Source: a virus (Duplodnaviria > Caudoviricetes). From it: a stretch of DNA of 34,586 nucleotides. The DNA lies in the IMG/VR virus record IMGVR_UViG_3300020045_002149, positions 1-34,586 of that record; one strand, given 5' to 3'. Positions within the stretch are counted from its first letter, which is position 1. Each line of letters starts with the position of its first letter. The notes beneath the pieces were generated by a model that saw only the letters and a list, made by a program, of their open reading frames with translations, made no database searches and was not told the origin of the DNA. Position numbers and translations under genes: made by a program. Below, piece by piece: positions 25,521 through 32,358 of this stretch.

Positions 25521-25844
25521 TCATCGCGTATTCTTCCAAGTCCTGCCTGTGCAAATGTTGTGGATTATGCTTTTTGTCGGTTTCTTCTGGAACAGGTGGT
25601 AGATGTCCGACGGCATGTAGCCGTTCGCGTGCAGCAGCTTGATCATTGCCGCCCCAACCCTGGTCGTCTTCGCCTGGCTGTGCTTCTCGCCCTGGCGGAT
25701 GCCTTTAAGCTTTAGCGCCTGCATCTTGTGATAAATCGACGCCTCGGTGCGGCCAAGGTCTTTGGCAATCTGCGGCGCCGACTTAATGCCGGCCCACTTG
25801 CGCAGGTGGGCGACGTGTTCGCCCGTCCAGTCTTTTCGGGTCAT
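25521..25844 (-). CDS. Putative DNA-binding HTH protein
   Basis: WT.E....L...IAKDLGRTEASI; GEKHSQAK; AAGGAGG RBS. Confidence 0.7.
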   Translation of the reverse strand: MTRKDWTGEHVAHLRKWAGIKSAPQIAKDLGRTEASIYHKMQALKLKGIRQGEKHSQAKTTRVGAAMIKLLHANGYMPSDIYHLFQKKPTKSIIHNICTGRTWKNTR

Positions 25845-26026
25845 GGCTCCTCCTTGCCAGAAGACAGGGCGCAGACGAACTCAGGTTCGCGCATGACTGT
25901 TTCGTCTGCTACGTTCGCCAGTCGTATCAACGCACGGGCGTACTCATCGGCCGGCATGCAAGACAGGTCGCGCAGCACCATACGCAGCTTCTTTTCGTGG
26001 TAGTGCTTGTCGAGTTGCGCGCTCAT
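25841..26026 (-). CDS. Hypothetical protein
   Basis: GGAG RBS; coupled to the downstream gene. Confidence 0.65.
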   Translation of the reverse strand: MSAQLDKHYHEKKLRMVLRDLSCMPADEYARALIRLANVADETVMREPEFVCALSSGKEEP

Positions 26027-26030
26027 TCTC

Positions 26031-26183
26031 TTAGCTCCCTTGTTCGACGCGCTTCGCGCGCAGGATCGTGTAAGTCTTAATTTTGTACCTGGCCACGAAG
26101 TCGAGGAGTTCGCGATACCGGCGAAAGACCCGTATTTCTGCGGGCCGCCCTTTGGGGTACGTGATCAACGTCGGTTCGCCCAT
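26031..26183 (-). CDS. Small basic hypothetical protein (50 aa; below the ORF-track cutoff)
   Basis: MGEPTLITYPKGRP...EQGS; AAGGA RBS; fills the gap between neighbours. Confidence 0.6.
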   Translation of the reverse strand: MGEPTLITYPKGRPAEIRVFRRYRELLDFVARYKIKTYTILRAKRVEQGS

Positions 26184-26185
26184 GG

Positions 26186-26446
26186 CTACGCTTCCTTTCG
26201 GGCTGCGATGGCGTCAAGCTCTCTGCCGATAGTGATCAGGTCATCAATGTGAGCATGGCCGATCCAGACTTTTGCGATCCGCTCGCTGATGCCAGATAAC
26301 TGTGCCTTTATCGCGCCAAGTTCGGTTTGGTACGCAAACGCGGACTGCTGCATTATTTCTGCGCACTTGCGCGATTCTACGAGTTCGGCGCGTAGCTGCA
26401 CCACTTCATCCTGCAGCGCGCGTTCTGCTTTCGATTCTTCAATCAT
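26186..26446 (-). CDS. Hypothetical protein
   Basis: MIEESKAE start with ATGA overlap and GGAG RBS. Confidence 0.65.
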   Translation of the reverse strand: MIEESKAERALQDEVVQLRAELVESRKCAEIMQQSAFAYQTELGAIKAQLSGISERIAKVWIGHAHIDDLITIGRELDAIAARKEA

Positions 26447-26640
26447 TCGTTCAACTCCCATACGGCAGTGTCTTTGAGGGCTTCGGCGGCGACGTAGGTC
26501 GCCGGTCCAGTATCTTGGTGCAGCTCGCACATGCCGCCGGCTTCGTATGCGATGAGGTAGCGCGTGCCCGTGGGCTTATGGTGCAACGGGAAGCGTTTGA
26601 GCTGTAGGCGGACGCGGCGCTGAAAAGCGCTTTCCGTCAT
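26443..26640 (-). CDS. Hypothetical protein
   Basis: MTESAFQ start coupled (TGATG) to the upstream gene. Confidence 0.6.
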   Translation of the reverse strand: MTESAFQRRVRLQLKRFPLHHKPTGTRYLIAYEAGGMCELHQDTGPATYVAAEALKDTAVWELNE

Positions 26641-26870
26641 CACAGCCCGGGCCCTGCTTCGATCCACAGGGCCAGCATTCCGCCGACGCCGATCACCAGC
26701 ACAGCAGCGCCCAGCACGGCGTCAAGGATAGGGCGGCGCGTGGCCAGCGATGGCGGCGTCAGCGTACTGGTTGGAGGCTTCTCGCCCGGTGCGAAGGTGT
26801 ACCCGCGGGATTCCCAATACGCGAGGTAGGCCCACTCTTGTGAGGTGTAGCGGGTGGCTTGGGGTTTCAT
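26640..26870 (-). CDS. Hypothetical protein with C-terminal TM segment
   Basis: MKPQATRY start, GGAG RBS, ATGA overlap. Confidence 0.65.
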   Translation of the reverse strand: MKPQATRYTSQEWAYLAYWESRGYTFAPGEKPPTSTLTPPSLATRRPILDAVLGAAVLVIGVGGMLALWIEAGPGL

Positions 26871-27073
26871 ACCGGCAACTCCAATTGGTCGATGTAAGTG
26901 CAATCCTCCGATGGCCCTTCCGAGCAATGATGACAAAAGACATAGCCGCAGCGCACACAACGAGGGCCGTTATGATTCTCATCGTCGAAGGCCATATAAT
27001 CGGGCGAGCCATCTTCATCAAGTTGCCAAACATGGCCGCGGTTGTCCGCGGTGCCGTCGCATACTTTGCACAT
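26867..27073 (-). CDS. Cys-rich Zn-binding protein
   Basis: Three CxxC pairs; first gene after a promoter. Confidence 0.7.
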   Translation of the reverse strand: MCKVCDGTADNRGHVWQLDEDGSPDYMAFDDENHNGPRCVRCGYVFCHHCSEGPSEDCTYIDQLELPV

Positions 27074-27109
27074 GCCCTGTTACTCCCTGCGTTTGTTTTC
27101 GTTAAAGCG

Positions 27110-27138
27110 AATGTACAACGCATTACTTGTATTGTCTT
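27110..27138 (-). promoter_or_regulatory. Candidate sigma70 promoter
   Basis: AAGACA-17 bp-TACATT, just downstream of a terminator. Confidence 0.55.
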
Positions 27139-27161
27139 GCGTATCCCGACGAACGGTCAAC

Positions 27162-27186
27162 AAAAAGCCCGACGAGAGCCGGGCCT
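27162..27186 (-). terminator. Rho-independent terminator
   Basis: Minus strand GCCCGG-CTCTCG-TCGGGC-TTTTT. Confidence 0.8.
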
Positions 27187-27202
27187 TCTGGTGTTGCTTT
27201 GG

Positions 27203-27331
27203 TCAAAGATCAGGGTTGTTCAGGCGATGCTGCGTGACCAACTCTTGGATTTGCAACGCCCAATCATCTTCAAGCTGTAGCACACCGACTTCGTCGAGGA
27301 GTTCGACCAGTTCCAAGTATTCGTCTAGCAT
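27203..27331 (-). CDS. 42-aa acidic protein (below the ORF-track cutoff)
   Basis: MLDEYLELVELLDEVG...NNPDL; GAGG RBS; followed by a terminator. Confidence 0.7.
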   Translation of the reverse strand: MLDEYLELVELLDEVGVLQLEDDWALQIQELVTQHRLNNPDL

Positions 27332-27377
27332 GGCAAATCCTCTTCATGGTTTGCCCGGCTTTCACCGGGCGGTTGAT

Positions 27378-27914
27378 TTACGCCAGGTCGTCTGCGTCTG
27401 CGCCGTCTGCGATCTCGTCGAAGTCGCTGGCATCTGCCGAGGTGCCGCCGCCACTGAACGCTTCGCCGTCTTTAACGAACTGGATGCCTTGGAGCTGGGC
27501 GTTTACCTTCTTACCGTACTGGTTGTCCTGCGCCCATACGTCGATGATCACGTTGACGTAGCAGCCGGAGTACGGCTTGCCATCGGCGGCGACCAGTGGG
27601 CTACGATCGCGATCTACGACTGTCGGTCGAACAGTGTTGTTGGCGTTGAAGAACAGGTTGCCTTCGTAGCCGACATAGGACGCTTTGCTGTCGCCATCGT
27701 GGATCAGCAGGTTGTCACCGGCTTTCAGCTCTTTGCCAATCTGCGCCCACTTGGCACCCCACTTGGCTTTGCCGACTTCTTCGATTACTGCTTTCAGCGC
27801 GGCGATACCCGGGTGATCGGTCGGGAAGATGAAAGCCGCAGCGAACTTGCCGTCTTTGTTGGCTTCGAAGATGTCCGGGAATGCGATACGGGCGTTAGCG
27901 AAAGTGTGTTTCAT
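27378..27914 (-). CDS. DUF2815 ssDNA-binding protein (T7 gp2.5-like)
   Basis: YSGCY.N, L.GIQF.KDGE.F.GG; acidic tail. Confidence 0.92.
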   Translation of the reverse strand: MKHTFANARIAFPDIFEANKDGKFAAAFIFPTDHPGIAALKAVIEEVGKAKWGAKWAQIGKELKAGDNLLIHDGDSKASYVGYEGNLFFNANNTVRPTVVDRDRSPLVAADGKPYSGCYVNVIIDVWAQDNQYGKKVNAQLQGIQFVKDGEAFSGGGTSADASDFDEIADGADADDLA

Positions 27915-27967
27915 GTGGTGAATCTCCAGTCTATTTTGAGGGTTCTACTTCGGTTGGTTTTAGTGAA

Positions 27968-28171
27968 TCAATATTCCAGGTCTACGGTAAACTCGTGTTC
28001 ACAAGCGGGGCAAATCACCTCTACGTCTTTTGTGCGATCAGTTCCATGCTCGGGAACATCGAAGCGATGCCCATCCCAAAAGTCGTCAGCATCGAGCAGA
28101 TTCACATCTTCTTTGCAGCTCGGACATTCAGTATCGAGACTTATCGACCAAGTGGCAGAAATGCTGCTCAT
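27968..28171 (-). CDS. Zn-ribbon hypothetical protein
   Basis: CPSC...CPAC; ATGA overlap. Confidence 0.7.
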   Translation of the reverse strand: MSSISATWSISLDTECPSCKEDVNLLDADDFWDGHRFDVPEHGTDRTKDVEVICPACEHEFTVDLEY

Positions 28172-29562
28172 ACCAAATCCTCGAAGTTGTCTTCTACTTC
28201 CGCCGGCAGATCTTCGAACTGCTCGGCAATCGCCATGTTCAATGCAGGACGCTTGTCGCTGGCCGGTGCTACGGATGGTTTGCCATCGCTGCGGCCGATC
28301 AATGGCTGCAGCTTGTTCCACTTGCGTGGGTTCGCTTCCTTCAAGACCTTCTCCGCCGTTGTGGGGCTGATCAGCTTGAAGTCGTACATTTGGTCGACCT
28401 TGAGGCGCATCGCCTTGAGCGCGGCTTCAGCTTCCTCCTCGCTGGTCCAGCTACGCGCACCCTGTCGACCTTCGACCAGCTTGTAGCGGGCATCGGTGAA
28501 CTTGCCAGCCAGGAGTCGGCGCTCAACTTCAGCGCGTACCGCTTTGGCAAAGCCTTCGATCATGTCGGCTGCGTCCATTAGCGTCGCCAAACGCTCGTCT
28601 TCCGCCGTGGCTAGCCGTTCGGTTGCCGCTTCAAGCGCCGGGCGAATGCTTGGCTTTTTCACGATGAATTTGTGATTGAGACTGCGCAGGCCGTCGTCTT
28701 CTTCGTAAGTCTCGAAGTCGATAGCCGCCGGCTTCACACCGAAGCTTTGAGCGAGCAACTTCTCCGCTTGCCCGATTGAAACTTCAATCGCTCCTTTGTC
28801 CAGGTCGACAAACTCGCCGACGATCAGCTCAGTGGTAAACGCGGTACGCTCTGCGCAGGTTGCCGACGCCTTACAGAAACGGCACTGCTTGTCGCCTGGC
28901 GTTGCGGCCAGGTCTTCAGCTAACAGGATGCGCTCGGCAGTAGCTCGCACCGCGGCCAGCAGCTCGCGCGCTTCGCTTACCGACAGCTCCCACTTGTCGA
29001 AGTGGTTTAGCCGTGGCTGATCGATGCACAGTACCAGCCTTTCGGTCTCGCCCATCACGTCGAACTCGTCTAGCGCTGCGCCGCCGTACAAAAGCAACTG
29101 CTCGTTGCCTTCGGCGAATACCTGGACGCCGCGCCCGAATTTTAAATCACGGCACCAAAGCGTTTTGCCTTTGACGATCACCATGTCGCAGGTGCCGGTA
29201 GCGCCTTCCTCGCCGGTGAACTGCTCAATGGCCAGTTGCTGCTCCGCGTAGATCGTGGCGCCGTCTGCATCGCTGCGCGCCAGGTCCAAGACCTTTTGGA
29301 TCTCGCGGGTCATGTCCGGCCCTACGGGGTAAGCGCCGCTCGTGTGGAACTCAGTTACCCCGTTCTCTACGCGGATGCGCAGGCCGGTGAAGTGGTCAGC
29401 GTTTACGTTCTGCTCTAGGCACTGCTCCAGCAGATAGTGCGCTGCGGTGCCCTCGTCGGCCGAATCGTTAGTGGTTTCGGGAAAGTCGCGCTCCCGGTAC
29501 GGCTTGGCGTTGCAACGCATCCACGCTGCTGCGCCACTTGGTGAAAGAAATGCGTGTGCCAT
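28168..29562 (-). CDS. DUF2800 Cas4-like PD-(D/E)xK nuclease
   Basis: HA.LSPS.A..W..C, EGTAAH, GT.D, DLKFG, QL.LY, CRFC. Confidence 0.92.
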   Translation of the reverse strand: MAHAFLSPSGAAAWMRCNAKPYRERDFPETTNDSADEGTAAHYLLEQCLEQNVNADHFTGLRIRVENGVTEFHTSGAYPVGPDMTREIQKVLDLARSDADGATIYAEQQLAIEQFTGEEGATGTCDMVIVKGKTLWCRDLKFGRGVQVFAEGNEQLLLYGGAALDEFDVMGETERLVLCIDQPRLNHFDKWELSVSEARELLAAVRATAERILLAEDLAATPGDKQCRFCKASATCAERTAFTTELIVGEFVDLDKGAIEVSIGQAEKLLAQSFGVKPAAIDFETYEEDDGLRSLNHKFIVKKPSIRPALEAATERLATAEDERLATLMDAADMIEGFAKAVRAEVERRLLAGKFTDARYKLVEGRQGARSWTSEEEAEAALKAMRLKVDQMYDFKLISPTTAEKVLKEANPRKWNKLQPLIGRSDGKPSVAPASDKRPALNMAIAEQFEDLPAEVEDNFEDLV

Positions 29563-29566
29563 AGCC

Positions 29567-30010
29567 TTACGCCTCCAGCGCCAGCAGATCGGCGTAAACG
29601 GCTTCCAGCTTCACCTGGTCGTTCACGGTGCTGAAGTCGTCTTCTTTGTCCAGCAGCACTTTGAGGTTGGCGATACCGTGCTTGGCGTTCAGCGCCTTGA
29701 TTGCGTCACGCTGCGTTGGGGCCAGCTTGAGCACCAGTGCGCGGACAGTTTCGTAGGGGGTCGGCTCGGGGATAGCGTCGAACTGCTCTTTAAAATTTGC
29801 GTCGACGGATTCGATAAGATCGGCGATCTCCTCAAGGGATACTTTTTCAGCAATTTTTGCTTCAACCTTGGCCGCTACCTTTTCGGCTTTCGGTGCGACT
29901 TCCGACTTCGCCGGAGTGCGCCCGGCCAGGGAGAGGGTCAGCAGCTTGACGGCTTCGGTGTTGGCAAGCAGCGCTTCGGTATGGGCTTGGATCAGGGCTT
30001 CAATTGACAT
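29567..30010 (-). CDS. Hypothetical protein preceding the DUF2800 gene
   Basis: MSIEALIQ start with AAGGA RBS. Confidence 0.75.
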   Translation of the reverse strand: MSIEALIQAHTEALLANTEAVKLLTLSLAGRTPAKSEVAPKAEKVAAKVEAKIAEKVSLEEIADLIESVDANFKEQFDAIPEPTPYETVRALVLKLAPTQRDAIKALNAKHGIANLKVLLDKEDDFSTVNDQVKLEAVYADLLALEA

Positions 30011-30045
30011 GTTGCAAGTTCCTTTTTGGTTAAGGTGTGCTGCGG

Positions 30046-30074
30046 ATGGTAGAGAGCAGCACAAGGGTTGTCAA
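30046..30074 (-). promoter_or_regulatory. Sigma70 promoter
   Basis: TTGACA-17 bp-TACCAT. Confidence 0.8.
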
Positions 30075-30079
30075 GCGGT

Positions 30080-30376
30080 TTAATTGCTATTGCTTGTAGC
30101 TTTAGCGATGGCCTCGTGCAAATCGGCTATGCCTTCGAATACGGGCGTAGTGTTCCTTTCTTGTTCGGCGTATGCGATACGCTCCTCTAATCCGGCCATA
30201 ACTTTTCGCGCTGCTTTCAAAAGATCCTGCGCGCCACCAAGTAAAAGCAGATCGTCAGGCAGTCGGCCGTCAAGCACCGCGCATACGACGCCATGCCTTT
30301 CAGGCGTCATGACCCCGGATTGGTCGGACGAATAGCCCGTCGAGGTCTTTATCGAATACTTATAAGTCGTCTTCAC
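30080..30376 (-). CDS. Hypothetical protein
   Basis: GTG start with AAGGAG RBS and GTGA overlap. Confidence 0.65.
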   Translation of the reverse strand: MKTTYKYSIKTSTGYSSDQSGVMTPERHGVVCAVLDGRLPDDLLLLGGAQDLLKAARKVMAGLEERIAYAEQERNTTPVFEGIADLHEAIAKATSNSN

Positions 30377-30630
30377 TCTGTCTCTCCTTTCCAGTCGTAG
30401 CAGTACCACCCGTTATCCGGGCTGGCGCTGCCTTTGCGGTGGGTGCCGTTGTCCCATGGAAAACCGGAGCAGCGGCAGCCCTGTCGTTTGTGTTCTACGG
30501 TCTTCCGGTACGTGTCGACCCGGTACGTGCCGCCGCATGCACAACGCGGCTCGCGGGCGTAATCTTCCGGGTGCTTGGCCAGGGTTCGCCTGGCTCCGCA
30601 CTTACGGCACCGGCACGGGTGGCGGTTCAC
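30373..30630 (-). CDS. Cys-rich basic Zn-binding protein
   Basis: CRCRKC..CACGG..CRC..HRKGS; GTG start overlapping the upstream stop. Confidence 0.65.
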   Translation of the reverse strand: MNRHPCRCRKCGARRTLAKHPEDYAREPRCACGGTYRVDTYRKTVEHKRQGCRCSGFPWDNGTHRKGSASPDNGWYCYDWKGETE

Positions 30631-30719
30631 GTTAAGCTCGTCAGCAGCCAAAAGAATTCGACTAGGGCCACGCCGGTAGCGAAGCCGGCCCACAGATAAA
30701 GCGCTTCTGTCTCGGTCAT
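30627..30719 (-). CDS. 30-aa membrane peptide
   Basis: MTETEALYLWAGFATGVALVEFFWLLTSLT; 4-nt overlaps at both ends. Confidence 0.55.
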   Translation of the reverse strand: MTETEALYLWAGFATGVALVEFFWLLTSLT

Positions 30720-30946
30720 CGCCCGGCCCTCAGATCAGCGAGTTTGCGTGTCAGGTCAAGCGAAGCGCGCTTGGCGGCTGCGTGCTCCTTTACAACGCTC
30801 GGGTAATGCGGGAAACGCTCGCCGGCTTTTCGGTCTGCGTCGTAAACCGCATCCGAGGTCTTTACAGCCTTGCGCAACGCTTCCAAGGCTTTCTTGGTGC
30901 GCATGATTTCTAGTAGCGCTTCGTCTAGCGTTTGATCTTTGATCAT
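30716..30946 (-). CDS. Hypothetical protein
   Basis: MIKDQTL start with AAGGAG RBS. Confidence 0.7.
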   Translation of the reverse strand: MIKDQTLDEALLEIMRTKKALEALRKAVKTSDAVYDADRKAGERFPHYPSVVKEHAAAKRASLDLTRKLADLRAGR

Positions 30947-30966
30947 TTCGGCAACTCCTTGTTTAG

Positions 30967-31167
30967 TTAAATAAGGCCGGTATACGGCAGGAAGGCGAGG
31001 CCGCACATCGCGGACAAGGCGAGAGTCACGACTATCATTGACTCTCGGTCGTAGCGGATCTCTTTCGCACTCGCTTTGTACCCACGCGCGCCGCTCGCGC
31101 AGCTGCCTATCGCCATCGGCAAAAGGCCGGGGTTTGCAGCACTCAGTGCTAGTTGTGCGTGGTTCAT
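30967..31167 (-). CDS. Hypothetical protein with C-terminal TM segment
   Basis: MNHAQLAL start in an ATGA overlap. Confidence 0.55.
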   Translation of the reverse strand: MNHAQLALSAANPGLLPMAIGSCASGARGYKASAKEIRYDRESMIVVTLALSAMCGLAFLPYTGLI

Positions 31168-31322
31168 TTCTTCCGATCTCCTCGATTCGAATTCAAAAGG
31201 GGCTTCTGGCCGTCCTTCAACGGCCAGGGTGATTCGGTATGGCAATCCGGGCAGTAGATAATCCATAGGCTGCTCATGCGTACTACTTCCGGGTTGCCGC
31301 ACTTAGGGCATGGCGGGGTCAC
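31164..31322 (-). CDS. Zn-ribbon hypothetical protein
   Basis: CPKC...CPDC; GTGA overlap. Confidence 0.65.
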   Translation of the reverse strand: MTPPCPKCGNPEVVRMSSLWIIYCPDCHTESPWPLKDGQKPLLNSNRGDRKK

Positions 31323-31909
31323 TTCAAGCTTTCTCGCAGCAGGCGCACCCACTGATTGCGCTCGGCAGTGCGCTGAAGTTCCTTGGCGTTTTCCTCTTTG
31401 TGGTATTCGATATTCTTCAACGCTTTCGCCTTCTTTGCTTCGAGCCAGTCGGTAGCGCTGAGAACCGGAGTCGGTTTGTTTAGGTACTCGGTCGAGTCAT
31501 CCCACTCGATGCTGTCTTCGATCTGCTTGATCATGAATTCCTTTAGGCCGTCGTGATCCTTGGTAGGCGCTATCCAAATGCGCGCCCGATCAAGCATCTC
31601 GCGATAGCTTTCCAAGGTGTCCAGGTTATCCCTCAGGCGCTTTTCCCGGCTGTGCTCCGCGTCTCTGTATTCGGCGGCCGACAGTTGGGCGGCGTCCTCA
31701 GGCAACATCGCTTCATATAAGGCCAGTTGGCGGCGCGCTTCGGCCAACCGGTCGGCGTGGTAGTTAGAAGGCTCGAACTCTTCCGGGATCGGTGCGTCGC
31801 TCGGCAGATCGCGCATTGTGATGCAGGCGCCGAACGCCTTGGCACAGTTCAGGGCGAATTGCTCGAAGCTGATGCCGTCTTTGATATCGGCGGTATATCC
31901 GGTTGGCAT
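31319..31909 (-). CDS. Conserved phage hypothetical protein (MPTGYT type)
   Basis: MPTGYT..I.DG.SF..FAL.CA.AFGA; GAGG RBS. Confidence 0.8.
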   Translation of the reverse strand: MPTGYTADIKDGISFEQFALNCAKAFGACITMRDLPSDAPIPEEFEPSNYHADRLAEARRQLALYEAMLPEDAAQLSAAEYRDAEHSREKRLRDNLDTLESYREMLDRARIWIAPTKDHDGLKEFMIKQIEDSIEWDDSTEYLNKPTPVLSATDWLEAKKAKALKNIEYHKEENAKELQRTAERNQWVRLLRESLK

Positions 31910-31939
31910 GGTGAATCCTCTGAAAGTTGGTGTGAAGCA

Positions 31940-32003
31940 AATCTAATTGCATTCTGTTGTGTTGTCTAGCGCTATTTGCTTTTCCTGTTAAATACCGTAG
32001 GAT
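31940..32003. promoter_or_regulatory. Divergent promoter pair
   Basis: Leftward TAGACA-17-TAGATT (31968-31940); rightward TTGCTT-16-TAGGAT (31976-32003). Confidence 0.6.
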
Positions 32004-32040
32004 GCGCCCCATCGACTACCTAAACAGAAGAGAAGCACCG

Positions 32041-32355
32041 ATGGACAAGAAACTCGAAGCCCTCAAGCAATACGCGCTGAAGCACCGCCCGACCCTGGCC
32101 GTAATGAATGCTCTGGTGGCCGCTGGCGCCTATACAGGAATCCTTGACGTAGTGGTGCGCGCTGGCAGCCTTGACGCCTTGGCCGATAAGCTTGGCGTCA
32201 CATACCAGGCCGTCCAGCACTGGCTCAAGCTCGGCTATGTGCCCCTGGGCCGCATCCCCGAGATCGAAAGCATCTACGGCGTCCCCCGCGTCGAACTGAT
32301 GAACCCGAAGTACGCTGCTGCCCTCGCCGAGCCTAACTTCTCGTCCGACGTATAG
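32041..32355 (+). CDS. Cro/YdaS-like HTH regulator
   Basis: GS..ALA..LGVTYQAVQHW...G.VP..R...IE. Confidence 0.8.
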   Translation: MDKKLEALKQYALKHRPTLAVMNALVAAGAYTGILDVVVRAGSLDALADKLGVTYQAVQHWLKLGYVPLGRIPEIESIYGVPRVELMNPKYAAALAEPNFSSDV

Positions 32356-32358
32356 ATC

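Noticed and set aside
27042-28370. 442-aa + strand ORF and other long antisense ORFs (e.g. 580-1332, 7924-8778)
   Set aside because: Shadows of GC-rich genes on the opposite strand, with no motifs or RBS
28168-29562. Cas4-like gene as evidence of a CRISPR system
   Set aside because: DUF2800 is a standard member of the SSB-PolA-VRR-NUC-SNF2 phage module; no repeat-spacer array was seen
31910-32355. Lysogeny switch
   Set aside because: Divergent promoters and a Cro-like gene exist, but there is no CI-like repressor or integrase in the window
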